Part shown: positions 35,113 through 48,479 of the stretch, piece after piece
How positions within the stretch are numbered: the first letter of the stretch is position 1
How the letters are laid out: the number at the start of each line of letters is the position of its first letter
Assembly: GCA_030390025.1 (NCBI GenBank)
Contig: CM059431.1
Location: 139,068,001 to 139,132,000, forward strand
Origin: Squalus acanthias
Taxonomy: Eukaryota
Direction of reading: 5' to 3'
DNA length: 64,000 nucleotides
Position numbers and translations under genes: made by a program
Notes under the pieces: model-generated
The model's database searches: none
What the model saw: only the letters and a program-made list of their open reading frames with translations
What the model was told of the DNA's origin: nothing

Positions 35113-38100
35113 ATGGGAGTAGTACTTAATGAAATAACAACGATTTACTACCCTATTCTTGCTGCTGTCGGCGTTCCTGGTAAGCGCTTATACACAGACA
35201 GTAATTGCATAAATCGTTGGTAACAGTGTTTCTGTTAGTGTTGCATGTCTGACAGAACCGCAGCTCTTCTTTCCAGCTCTGGTACACAGTTTGTGACCTG
35301 TGTTGTCAGTTCACCCCTAAGATTCCCCGGTTAATTAACGTGGTGCTTTCTTCCAAACTACAATCTTAAACAAAATTGCCGTGTTATTCTCTCCACTGAA
35401 TATCGTTCAGTCTTTTGTCCAGATCATATACTGTATGAGATAAGATTTTTAAAATATTTGTTCTTGGGATATGGGCAAGGCCACAATCATTGTTCACCTC
35501 TAGTTTCTCTCAGAAGTTTGTGGTGGGCTTTCTCCAAGAACTATTGCCGTACTAATGATGATGCATCTCGCACGATGGCATTGGTTAAGAATTGCAGGAT
35601 TCTGACTCAGCAGCGATGAAGAGCACGATATAGGTGAAAGGTATGATTGTGTGTGACTGAAGGGGGTGGTGTTTGCACAGCGCTAATGCTCTCATTATTC
35701 ATGCTAGTAGAGTGCGCGTAGGGAGAAGTGTTCTCGACACAATCTTGATGAGTTGTTGCAGTGAATTGTGCAGATCACACGCACAGCAGACCCCGAACGC
35801 CAGAGGGAGAGCGGGTGCATATTGAATCGATTTGAAGTGCACTGCCCAAGCGAACTTCTCTGTTCTAGGTTTAGTTGAGCTTTTGCGGTGTTGCTGTTGC
35901 TGAACCCATCCAGACGATCGTTGAGTGGCCCGTCACACTCCCGACTTGATGCTTTCAAATGGTGGAGAGGCGTTTAGGGGTCAGATGCAGCGCCACTCGA
36001 TGCATATTGGTGCTCATTACCTGTAAATAAAGAGGGTTTAGGTTTCTCGGTGATACACTGATCCTGGGCAAGAGATAACATCAATCCGTTTCACTTTTCA
36101 ATTGAAACTCTTTGGAATAATTCAGTAGGGCATTATTTGCCTAATTCAGTAGAAAATTAATCGGCTAATTCAATGGAAAATTAATTGAAATCATTCAGTG
36201 AAGAATTAATCAGCATACATTTGAAAACTCACATTATGCTGCCGGATGATAACACTGAGGTGCAGCATGTAGATGAGAAATAGGATGGGGCCAAGGGTAA
36301 ATCCTTGAGGGACACCATGGGTAACAGTGCGGGATCGGGAAGAGAAGCCATTGCAGGAGATTCTATCTTTACGGCCGGAAAGATAGGATTGAAAGCAGGC
36401 GAGTAAAATCCCATCAAGCTGGACGACGGTGGAGAAGCGTTGGTGCAGAATTTTATGGCCAACCGTGTCACAGGCTGCAGACAGGTGCAGAAGGTCTATG
36501 GAGAGGAAAGAAAAGTTGGAGATGGGGCGAAAGTTTGCAAGAACGGAGACGTCAAGGGTTAATTCTTGAGGAGAGGAGTGATGACGGCAGATTTGAAGGA
36601 AAGGGGGACAGTACCTGAAGTGAGAGAACCGTTCACAATATCAGCTGACATGGGAGCCCAGAACGAAAGTTGGGTTGTCAGCAATTTAGTAGGGATAGTG
36701 TCGAGAGAGCAGGAGATTGGCCTCATTTATAAAATAAGCTTTGCAAGGGCAAGAGGGGAAAGAGGAGAGAAGTTAGAGTAGAATGAAAATTTAGCGATAG
36801 GGCAGGGGGAAAACGGAGAACATGTAAGATCCGGTGGGCTAGTGGAAGGGAGGGAATTGAAAGCAGAAGCAGTGGAATGGATGTTATCAATCTTTTTCAC
36901 AAAGACGTCCAGGAGCTCCTCCCATTTGTCGTTGTCATTGAGGGAGGGGGAGTCAAGGGAGGGTGTATTGAGAAGACATTTAGTGTTGGACAAGAGAAGC
37001 CTGGTGTTATTTATGCCTCCCTAGATGATCTTGGGATAGTGGGTGGTTTTAGTGATGGAGAGTAGGACCTGTTAGTGCTTTATCTGATCTAGCCAAATCT
37101 GGTGATGTAAGATTAGACCAGTTGTCCACCAAAGACGTTCAAGTTTGCGTCCCTTGGACGTAAGGGTGTGGAGATCAAGGTCATACCAGGGGGAAGGACT
37201 AGGGTGAGCGAGTGTAATGATTGTTGTGGGGACAAGGGCATCAAAGGTGGTGGAGAGGGTGTGATTTAGTAAGTCAGTAGCTGCAGAGATGTCATGAAGA
37301 ATAGTTGGCCAAAGGCTAGATAGTTGGGATTTAGAAAGAGCAGTGGTAAGGGTCTTGAGGCAGAGATTTTTTTTCCAGTGGTTATTGGAAAAGAAGTGCG
37401 GTTATGAGATGTAAGGGGAATAGGGGTAGAAATTGATAAAAGGAAATGGTCGGAGATTGCCTTATACTTCTAAGTCAGGATTGTGTGTGACTTGAAGGAG
37501 AACTTGGAGCAGGTGGTGTTCCCATGCGCCTGCTGCCATTGTCCTTTCAGGTGGTAGAGGTCGCGGGTTTGGGAGGTGCTACCGAAGAAGCCTTGGTGAG
37601 TTGCCGCAGTGCATCTTGTAGGTAGTACACACAGCAGCCACGGTATACAGGTGGTGCAGGGTGTGAAAGGTTAAGGTGGTGGATGGGGTGCCAATCTAAC
37701 GGGCTGATTTTTCCTCAATGGTGTAGAGCTTCTTGAGTCTTGTTGGAGCTGCACTCATCCAGGCAAGTGGAGAGTATTTCATCACACTCCTTACTTGTGC
37801 CTTGTAGATGGTGGAAAGGTTTTAAGGAGTCAGGAGGTGAGACACTCGCCGCAGAATACCAAGCCTCTGACCTGTTCTGGTTGCCACAGTATTTATGCGG
37901 CTGGTCCAGTTAAGCTTCTGGTCAATGCTGATCCCAGGATGTTGATGGTGGGGCATTCGGCGATGGTAATGCTGGTGAATGTCAAGTGGTGGTGGTTAGA
38001 ATCTCGCTTGTTGGGGTAGTCATTGCCTGACATTTGTGTAGCGTGAATGTTACTTGCCAATTAACAGCCCAAGTCTGAGCGCCCTCCAGCTCTTGTTGCA

Positions 38101-41100
38101 TGCAGGCATGGACTGCTTCATTTTCTGAGGAGTTGTGAATGGCGCTGAACACAGTGGAGTTACCAGCGAACATCAGCATTTCTGAATTTATGCTGCAGGG
38201 AAGGTCATTGATGAAGCAGCTGAAGATTGTTGAGCCGAGGACACGGCCCTGAGGAACTCCTGCAGCGATGTCCTGCGGCTGTGATGATTGATCTTCAACG
38301 ACCACAGCCATATTCCTTGGTGCTAGGTATGACTCCAGCCAGTGTTGAGTTTTCCCCCCGATTTCCATTGACTTCAGTTTTACTAGGGATCCTTGATGCC
38401 AGACTCAGACAAATTATGCCTTGACGTCAAGGGCAGTCACTCTCACCTCACCTCTGGAATTCAGCTCCTTTGTCCATGTTTAGACCAAAGCTGTAATGAG
38501 GTTGGGAGCCGAGTGGCGCTGGCGGAACCCAAACTGGACATCAGTGAGCAAGTTATTGGTGAGTAAGTGCCGCTTGATAGCACTGTCGCCGACACCTTCC
38601 ATCACTTTGCTGTTGGCTGTGAATAGACTGATTGGGAGGTATTTGGCCGGTTTGGATTTGTCCTGCTTTTTGTGGACAGGACATACCAGGGCAGCTTTCC
38701 ACATTGTCGGATAGATGCCAGTATTGTAGCTGTAGAGGAACAACTTGGCTACAGGCGTGGCTATTTCTGGAGCACAAGTCTTCAACACGACAGCAGGGAA
38801 GTTGTCGGGGCTCATAGACATTGCTGTATCCAGTGCGCTCAGCCGTTTCTTGATATCACGTGGAGGGAATCGAAATGTTGGAAGACTGTCTTCTGTGATG
38901 GTGGGTCCTCAGGAGGATTCCGATATGAATCAACCACTCGGCACTTCAGGCTGAAGATTTTTGCAAACGCTTCAGCCTTGTTTTCTGCACTCGTGTACTG
39001 GGCTACAACATCATTGAGGATGGAGATATTCATGAAGCCTCCTCCTCCTGTTATTTGTTAAATGGTGCACCACCATTCACGACTGGATGTGGCAGGACTG
39101 CGGTGCTTTGATCTAATCCGTTGGATGTTGGATCACTTAGCTCTATCTTTAGCATGTTGCTTCCGCTTTTTGGCATGTATGTAGTCCTGTGTTCCAGCTT
39201 CCCCAGGTTGCCACTTAATTTTAGGTAAGCCTGGTGCTGCTCCTGGCATGCTCTTCTTCACTTCTTATTGAAACAGTGTCGGTCCCCTGGCTTGATGGTA
39301 ATGGTAGAGTGAGGTATTTCCGGGTCATGTGGTTACAGATTGTGGTGGAATACAATTCTGCTGCTGCTGAAGACACACAACGCCTCATCGATGGCCAGTT
39401 CTGAGCTGTTATATATCTTCTGAAACTATCCGATTTAATACGGTGGTAGTGCCACACAACACGTTGGAGCGTGTCCTCAGTGCGAAGACGGGACTTCGTC
39501 TCCACAATGATTGTGCGCAGGTTACTGCTACCAATACTGTCATGGACAGATGCATCTGCGACAGGTTTATTGGTGAGGACGAGGTCGAGTAGTTTTTTCC
39601 ACCGTATTGGTTCTCTCACCAACTGTCGCAGGCCCAGATTGGAAGCTATGCCCTTCAGGACTCGGCCAGCTCGGTCAGTAGTGGTGCTACTGAGCCACTC
39701 TTGTTGATGGACATTGAAGTCCACCCACCCAGAGTACATTAAGTGCCCTTGCTATTCTCACTGCTTCTTCCAAGTGATGTACAACACGGAGGACCACTTA
39801 TTCATCAGCTCAGGGAGGGAGCTAGGTGGTAATCAGCAGGAGGTTTCCATGCCCATGCTTGACCTGAAGCCATGAGAATTCATGAGGTCCGGAGTCAATG
39901 CTGAGGACTCCCAGGGCCAGTCCTTCACAACTGTATATCACTGTGCCGCCACCCCTGGTAGGTCTGTCCTGCCGGTGGGAGAGGACATACCCAATGATGG
40001 TGATGGCGGAGTTTGGGACATTCCCTGAAAGGTATGATTCTGTGATTATTATTATGTCAGGCTGTCGCTTGATCAGTCTGTGGGACAGCTCTCCAAATTT
40101 TCGAACAAGTCCCCAGATGTTGGTGAGGAGAACTTTGCAGGATAGACTGGTCTGTGTATGCCGTTGCCGTGTCCGTAGCCGGTGCCAAGGTCGATACCGG
40201 GTGGTCGGTTCAGTTTTATTCTTATTATTGTGTTTCGTCGCGCTTTGTTACAATGGAGTGGCTTGCTGGGCCATTTCAGAGGGCATTAAGAGTCAACTAT
40301 GTTGACATGAAGGGAGAGATTAATTGAGAAAAGAAGGGCCGTGAACTCAAAGGAGGAAGAGCAAGATGAGTTGAGCTGAAGTTTGTAATCTTCGAGGATG
40401 AGAAGTCGCTCGATGGAGAGTCAGACGGAAGAAAGCAAAGCGGATATCTGATTGAGAAAATTGGCTTGTTATTTGGTTGTGCGGTACACAATAAGAATTT
40501 TAAAAGAGAGACTTGAGGGGTGGACCAAGTTGAGATGCTCGAAGGAGCAGTAGTTGCTGGAGGAGTAGGGAGACACTCCAAGGTGTGATTTAGATATAAG
40601 GGCTAGACCACCACCGCGGCGGTTTGGGCGTGGAATAGAGTGGATGTTATAGCGCGGTGGGGAATCATCATACAGGGGGAAGGTGTCATCACCCCTCTAC
40701 CATGTGTCTGTCAATTCCATGATGTGAGTTTGATCGTCCACAACAAGGCCATTGGTGGCAAGGGAAGTGTGAAGTGATACATTTAGACAGGAAGAAGGAG
40801 TAGAGGCAATAAGGGAAGTGTGAAGTGATACATTTAGACAGGAAGAAGGAGCAGAGGCAATAAGGGAAGTGTGAAGTGATACATTTAGACAAGGAGAAGG
40901 AGTAGAGGCAATAACTAAATGGTACAATTTTAAAGCAGCTGCATGAACCTGGGTTGTGTTTACACAAACCTCGGGAGGTGGCGGGACAATCTGAGAAGCC
41001 TGCTAAAATGCACATTGCGTCCATGGCATTATTAATTGAGGAACAGAGTACAAAAGCAAAGAAGACATGTTAAACCTTTGTAAAGAACTAGTTAGGCCTC

Positions 41101-44100
41101 GGCTGGAGTATGATGTTCAGTTGTTGGCACCACCCTTACGTTAGGAAGGATGTCATGGTCTTGGAGAGGGTGCAGAAGAGATTTACTGGAATGCTAACAG
41201 GGATGAGGCACTTCAGTTATGTGGAGAGACTGAAGAAGATGTTTTTTTCTCCTTATAGCTGATACGGTTAAGAGGAGATTTGACAGTGCTGTTAACAATC
41301 ATGATTGATTTTGACAGAGCAAAGAAGGAGAAATTGTTTACTGTGTCCGAAGTGTTGTTAAGCAGGGCACAGATTTAAGGTGATTGTCCAAAGAAGCAGA
41401 GGCGACTTGAAGAAACATTGCTTTTTACACAGCAAGTTGAAGCCGGAAAGGGAGGTGGAAGCAGATTCAATCTTAGCATAAATACTTGACGGGAAAACAT
41501 TGGCAAGGCTATGGGGAAAGAACTTCGGATTTTGATTAATTGCATAACTCTGTCAAAGAGCCAGCACAGACACGATGGGCCGAATGGCCTAATTCTGTGC
41601 TGTATCATTCCATGATTCTATGATTCTATCTACACTACTTACATTCCTAACTACTTTTGTGTTATCGAATAACTTGGATTTATAAGACAACATAATATTT
41701 GTTGTTGAATTTAATGAATAATCATTTGACAGCTATACGAATGTACGGACATACGAACAATGACGGATAGGTAGAGATCTCTAGCCCGTCCAGCATCTAC
41801 TACACAATATATACACCCTTCATCTCAACCGAAACCATCTGATCTCCTGGGAGAGGTGGAAACCAGGTAAAAATCTAGGCCAGTTTGGGGGAAAATTGGG
41901 GAAATTTCCATCAGACTAATCTTGGCGATCGAAATTAGTCCGGGAGATCACTCTGGTCCTGAATTAGCCGAAGTACCTTCCTTTGGTAAGAGATAATGTC
42001 CGCCCCAGCCAGAAACCGTTCAGCTCTCGCTTGAAGGACTTTGGCTAATCAGCGTCCACCGCACTTGACGGCATCCTGTTCCAGTTGTCCACTATTCTCT
42101 GGGAAAAGAATCACCTCCTGACATCTAACCTAGAACTGGCCTTACACAACTTTGAAATTGTGACCTATGGTTCTACCTAATCTATTGAATTGGAACAAAC
42201 TGTCAACTGCATCACAATATATTCCCTTCATTATCTTATATACCTCAATCGGATCACCTCTATTTGTACGCTGCGCTAATGTGTAGAGTCCCAACTCTTT
42301 TGCCTATCTTGATAACTAAAATGCTTTATACTGGGAATTAATCTAATGGCCCTCCACCCTTTGCACCCTTTCCAAGGCCTAATTATCATCCACTATGATA
42401 GGAGACCAAAAGTGGGCTGTGAATTCCAAGTGATGCAGGACCATAGTCTGGTACAAGGACAAAATAGTATGCTTCATCTTATGTACAATTGTCCCATCAA
42501 AGAACCCCAACACCATATTCGCTCTAGCTGTTGCTTCACGGCATTGCTCATGTAGCTTTAGAGATATAAGCATTAGAATGCCCAGATCATTTTCTTTCTC
42601 TGGATTCTTTAATGTTTTTCCCTAAGGGTGTATGAATGTTGAGCATCCGTCCTGCCCACATGCACTTTTCCAAATTAACATCACTTGTCAGTCAGGAACC
42701 CATCTCCCAACACAAGATCCACCTGAAGCAGTTGAGCATCGTCTACAGTCCTAACACTCGCACCGATCTTAGTAACAATTGTAAAATTGCAGGTCATGGC
42801 CCCAGCACCTACATCTAGATCACTATTAAAAGTAGTAAAACGCAATGTCCCAACACCAATCCCTACGGGACACTACTGATGACTGGTCTCCAAACAGGTC
42901 CAAATCCACCTATAACTACTTTTTGCCTACATCCTTCTAGCCAGTTCTCAATCCAGCTCAATATATTGCCAGCAATACCACAGCTTCCAATATTGTAGAG
43001 TAGCCTCTTGTGCAATAACTTATCAAATGTTTTTTTAGAAGTCTAACTATACAATATTTACTGGGATTCCCTCATCCACCATCTTGGTGACTTCGTCAGC
43101 ATCAACTGATTTCAATCAATTAATAATTTATTGACGTAATATGATAATTAAATAACTGATAACTGAATTACAATGAATACATTAACTGAACAAATTTCTT
43201 GACTCAATAGGGTGCTGAAAAAGACAAAACAAATTATGAAAATATTTGATGTCCAGTCCCACCTGCTCCTTCCGTAGCCCGCATTGAAACATGAACTTGC
43301 CCAGTCCCCATTGTGCCTACACGCTGCCCAGTCTCAATTTCACATTCGCTCGACACAGTCCCTAATGCCCTGGCCAATCCTCATTGTACCTCCTTCCTCC
43401 TCAGTCTCCATTGCTCCTTAACCCTGCCCATCCCATATTGTAACATAAGCCAAACCAATCCGCTTTGCAGCTTCACCCTGCAGTGTCAGCATTGCACATT
43501 AAACCGATCATTCATCATTGTACCTTCACCCTGCACAGTCACTATTGTACCTTCAACTTGTGCTGTCCCCATTGTACCGTGACCCTGCTCTGTCCCCATT
43601 AAACATAATTCTGCACTTTCCCCATTGCACCTTCAACCTGCTCAGTGTGCATTGCACATTGACGCCTGCCAGCCCCCATTGCACATTTACCCCACTCAGT
43701 CTCCATTGCACATTTACCCCGCTTAGACTCCACTGCACATTCACACACTCGAAGCCTCCATTATACATTTATTCCGCTCAGTCTCCATTGCCCATTCACG
43801 CCATCCTGTCTCCCTTGCACATTCTCCTCGCCCAGTATCCATTGCACATTCACTCGCTCCCATCCTCCATTGTACATTCACCCAATCGCACCCCCATTGC
43901 ACATTTTCCTCGCCCAGTCTCCATTGCACATTCGACCCGCCCAGTCTCAATTGAATATTTTCTCTGCCGAGTCTCCATCGCCCATTCATTCCGCCCAGTC
44001 TCCATTGCAAATTCTCCTCGCCCAGTATCCGTTGTACATTCACACAATCGCACCCCCATTGCACATTCTCCTCGCCTAGTATCCATTGTACATTCACCCA

Positions 44101-46495
44101 ATCGCAGCCCCATTGCACATTCTCCTCGCCCAGTATCCATTGTACATTCACCCAATCGCAGCACACATTGTACATTCTCCTCGCCCAGTATCCGTTGTAC
44201 ATTTACCCAATCGCAGCCCACATTGCGCATTCTCCTCGCCCAGTATCCATTGTACATTCACCCAATCGCAGCACACATTGTACATTCTCCTCGCCCAATA
44301 TCCATTGTACATTCACCCAATCGCAGCCCACATTGTACATTCTCCTCGCCCAGTATCTATTGTACATTCACCCAATCGCTGCCCCATTGCACATTCTCCC
44401 CGCCCAGTCTCCATTGAACATTTACCCAATCGCAGCCCCATTGCACATTCTCCCCGCCCAGTAGCCATAGTACATTCACCCAATCGCAGCCCCATTGCAA
44501 ATTCTCCCCGCCCAGTATCCGCTGCACATTCTCCCCGTTCAGTCTCCATTGCACATTCTCCCTGCCCAGTCTCCATTGCTCATTCTCCCCGCCCAGTCTC
44601 CATTGCACATTCACCCCGCCCAGTCTCCATTGCTCATTCACCCCGCCCAGTCTCCATTACACATTGACACTGCCCAGTCTCCATTGCCCATTCTCCCTGC
44701 CCAGTCTCCATTGCTCATTCACCCCGCCCAGTCTCCATTGCTCATTCACCCCGCCCAGTCTCCATTACACATTGACACTGCCCAGTCTCCATTGCCGATT
44801 CTCCCTCTCCAGTCTCCATTGCACTTTCACCCCGCCCAGTCTCCATTGCCCATTCTCCCCTTCCAGTCTCCATTGCCCATTCTCCCCTTCCAGTCTCCAT
44901 TGCTCATTCACCCCTTCCAGTCTCCATTGCTCATTCACCCCGCCCTGTCTCCATTGCCCATTCACCCCGCCCAGTCTCCATTGCCCATTCATCCCTTCCA
45001 GTCTCCATTGCTCATTCACCCCGCCCAGTCTCCATTGCCCATTCACCCTGCCCAGTCGCCATTGCTCATTCTCCCCGCGCAGTCTCCATTGCCCAGTCTC
45101 CATTGCACATTCTCACCTTCCAATCTCCATTGCACATTCACCCCGCCCAGTCTCCATTGCCCATTCTCCACGCCCAGTCTCCATTGCACATTTACCCCGC
45201 CCAGTCTCCATTGTTCATTCACCCCGCCCAGTCTCCATTACACATTCGCCCTGCCCAGTCTCCTTGCTCTGACTCAGACTTTATCCATTTTGGTCCAGAT
45301 TATGTGTTTAGCTGTGGTCGCTGTGCCAGTGCACGTTTCTTCTCTTAAATCAACGCTTCATCTTTACTGACCAGATTGACTTGTTTTTTCTTGCTCCAGG
45401 GTGGCTGGTGCTTTGTTAGTTTCATCAATACTACTGTCGTTGAATTTATTATTGCCTTTCATTATTATTATAAACGCTTGTCTACATCCAGCAAAGGAAT
45501 TCACTTCAATCGATGCAACAACAATCCAGAAATTTCATTCAAAATCCTTTCGAACGAATGTTGTTTGACAGTCTGGTGAAATATTTATAGTCTTTTTCTC
45601 TATTACAGTTAACTTTGTTGCGATTGTGGTCCTGTCCCGAGGAAATTGCGGTCTCTCGAAATGTGTGACTCTCTACCTGGTGGCCATGGCAGCGGCGGAC
45701 CTCCTGGTTGTTGTCACCGATGTCATATTAAGGTGCATTGCTGATATTTATTTCCCTGTTTCATTCTTGACCATTAACCTCATGTGCCGTCTCAACGCTG
45801 TCCTGATGTTTGCAGCCACAGAAACTTCAGTCTGGTTCACGGTGGTTTTCACCTTCGATCGATTTGTGGCCATTTGTTGTCAGAAGCTGAGAGCTAAATA
45901 TTGCACCGAAAAAACGGCGGCTATTGTTATCGCGGTGGTGAGTGTGCTGAGCTGTTTGCAAAGCATTCCCTGGTACTTTGTATTTGACCCTGAGTTTATA
46001 ATGGACAATGTACCCCGGGGTTGTGTCATGAAACCCACCTTTTTTACTGCACCTGCGTGGGGAGCATTTGAAATACTTCACCTTGTTTTAACCCCTTGTA
46101 TACCATTTATTCTGATTTTCCTGTTCAATGCTCTCACCGCCAGGCATATTTTGGCGGCCAGTAGGGTCCGCAAGGGACTCCGGGGCCGCAGCAATGGAGA
46201 GAATCACAAGGATCCAGAGATACAGAACCGAAAGAAATCCATCATTTTACTCTTCAGTATATCGGGCACTTTCATACTCTTATGGAGCACAGAAGTTGTA
46301 TATTTCATCTCCCTGCATGTCACAAACGCCCAGTTCTATACAGCCAGTGTCCTTGAATCAGCCGGAATCATGCTTCAGCTGCTGAGTACCTGCACCAACG
46401 CGTGTATTTATGGCGTGACACAGAGTAAGTTCAGAGAGGAGCTGAAGAACGCAGCGAAATACTCCCTGAATCTGGTTTCTAAATTATTTCAATAA
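35113..46495 (+). CDS. gpr139-like: GPR139-like class A GPCR, two exons (35113-35179, 45609-46495), 317 aa
   Basis: Exon 1 MGVVLNEITTIYYPILAAVGVP-G|gtaagc splices in phase 1 to tacag|TT AAC (VNFVAIVVLSRGNCGLSK). The product has seven hydrophobic segments, ADLL, TFDRFVAIC, NACIY and SKFREEL, with no internal stops. AATAAA at 46651. Confidence 0.88.
36230..37465 (-). mobile_element. Degraded L2-type LINE fragment (intronic)
   Basis: Reverse complement of the family at 48480-50385; purine-rich on the + strand. Confidence 0.7.
37470..40300 (-). mobile_element. Long CR1/L2-group LINE ORF2 remnant (endonuclease to RT), intronic
   Basis: DFNVHQQEWL, LLDLVLTN, KQDKSKPAKYLPISL, QFGFRQ and GVPQGRVLG motifs. 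Confidence 0.9.
40760..41630 (+). mobile_element. CR1 3' fragment with a triplicated 51-bp unit at its 5' end
   Basis: aagggaagtgtgaagtgatacatttagac...gaggcaata x3 (40760-40913), then CR1 3' sequence with an (attctatg)n tail. Confidence 0.8.
41740..43100 (-). mobile_element. Degraded CR1-group LINE 3' fragment
   Basis: ANMVLG, LYQTMVLHHLEF and FWSP motifs. Confidence 0.7.
43250..45265. repeat. 27-bp C-rich minisatellite (cattctccccgcccagtctccattgca) with a 54-bp A/B dimer sub-array
   Basis: The ORFs show a 9-aa period (IAHSPRPVS). Units alternate with the cattcacccaatcgcagcccc variant at about 43870-44500. Confidence 0.95.
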
Positions 46496-47139
46496 TACAT
46501 ACAGCTGTAGACTTTCCATATACTGCCCGTTGGCGTTTAAAGTCAGAAACCAAATGAGTTCACTGAAGGAACTGATATTCCTGCAAAACATTGAATAACA
46601 TTGTGAGCACTGGACATAAATTAACTATACCAATACGCACGGTGTTGTGAAATAAAGCGTGATTTAATTTAATGTTAAATGTTTTGCTGTAATTAAACCT
46701 GATATAAAATTAGATGAAAGGCTCCTTTGAGTGTTTGCTGTCACAGACGCCGCCCGTTGGGGTGGACTGAGGGTGAGCTGTCAGTGTCAGGCAGCGTCCT
46801 GTCCATTGGAACATGTCTTTGGATCACAACAGACTAATAATGAACCAATAAAAGGACCATGTGTAACCGGTAAAATATTAACGTGGTTTCAAACTCCAGC
46901 GGGGAGTTCAGGAGATCACTTAGTCTCAGACCTGCTGTGTAGCAATGTTTACTCACTGCAGGAAGTTTAATGAGACATGAGGCTGGCGCTGGTCACTCGG
47001 GTCCATAAAGAAACGCTCTGATAGTCTCTGATTGATATTATCATCCCACCACAAGGAATACCTTCAGTATAACAGCCGATCTGCAGGCTTTCATTTGCTT
47101 GTCTGATATAAAATTTGGGCTAAGATTGTTTTCTATATC

Positions 47140-48207
47140 ATTTTCTGAATGGCAGGCAGTAACAAGTGGGGTACCACAGGGATCTGTCCTGGGTCCCCAG
47201 CTGTTCACAATTTACATTAATGACCTGGATCAGGGAGTCGGATGCAGCATTTCCAAATTTGCAGACGACACTAAACTAGGAGGGGGGGTGGGCTCAGAGG
47301 AGGAGACCAGGAAGCTCCAGAGCGATTTGGACAGACTGGGTGATTGGGCGGATAAATGGCAGATGCACTATAATGTGGACAAGTGCGAAGTTATCCACCT
47401 TGGGTGCAGGAACGGGAGGGCAAATTATTATTTCAATGGCAATAAATTGGGAGAGGGGGAAGTACAGAGAGACCTGGGTGTTCTTGTACACCAGTCACTG
47501 AAGGCGAGCATGCAGGTGCAACAGGCGATCAAGAAGGCAAACGGTATGCTGGCCTTCATAGCAAAAGGGTTGGAATACAGGAACAGGGATACCTTGCTGC
47601 AGCTGTACAGGGCACTGGTGAGACCACACCTCGAGTACTGTGTACAGTTTTGGTCGCCTCATCTGAGGAAAGATGTTCTTGCCATGGAGGGGGTGCAGCG
47701 GCGATTCACCAGGCTGATACCAGGAATGGCGGGATTGACCTATGAGGAGAGACTATGTAGTTTAGGGATGTACACACTGGAGTTTAGAAGATTGAGAGGG
47801 GACCTCATAGAAGTGTATAAAATTCTGACAGGGCTAGACAGACTAGATGCAGAAGGGATGTTTCCCTTGGCGGGTGAGAACAGAACTAGAGGACATAATT
47901 TAAGGATAAGGGCTAAACCATTTAGGACAGAAATGAGGGGGCATTTCTTCACTCAGAGGGTGGTGAACCTGTGGAACTCATTGCCACAGAGGGCAGTGTA
48001 CGCCAGCTCATTAAATATATTTAAGAGGGAATTAGATATATTTCTACAGGCAAAAGGGGTTAAGGGTTACGGAGAGAAGGCGGGGACGGGATACTGAATT
48101 GGAGGATCAGCCATGATCTCATTAAATGGCGGAGCAGGCTCGAAGGGCCGGATGGCCTACTCCTGCTCCTATCTTCTATGTATCTATGTATCTATGTATC
48201 TATGTAT
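47140..48207 (+). mobile_element. Young 5'-truncated CR1 insertion with an open RT C-terminal frame
   Basis: Uninterrupted frame from SGVPQGSVLGP through FADDTK to WNSLP, stop at 48097, complete 3' UTR and a (tatctatg)n tail. Confidence 0.95.
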
Positions 48208-48479
48208 TTAACCGCTCTTGACTTTGATTCAACACATGCTCTCCATACACACTACAAGCCTTTGAGATTCGGCTTTCCTTGAAATTGTTGTTGTTATGAA
48301 TGATTACAGCATTAACTTTACCCATAACTTTTCTTAACCCTTCTGGTAGCCATTTATCGAAACCAGGCAGTCTCTTCCCTCTGAAATAAAATCTCCAATT
48401 TCCACAATCATTCCTCGAAATAGACCTTGAATTGTTTGCGTCTTGCGTGCTGACGGTATAGCTCTTATCACTAAATGGC

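Noticed and set aside
43518..45370. Long Pro/His/Ser-rich ORFs (up to 299 aa)
   Set aside because: These arise from a stop-poor 27-bp minisatellite open in several frames on both strands, inside the GPCR intron.
47099..48097. 332-aa ORF as a functional reverse transcriptase gene
   Set aside because: It is a 5'-truncated CR1 lacking the endonuclease and N-terminal RT motifs, and the ORF start lies in flanking DNA.
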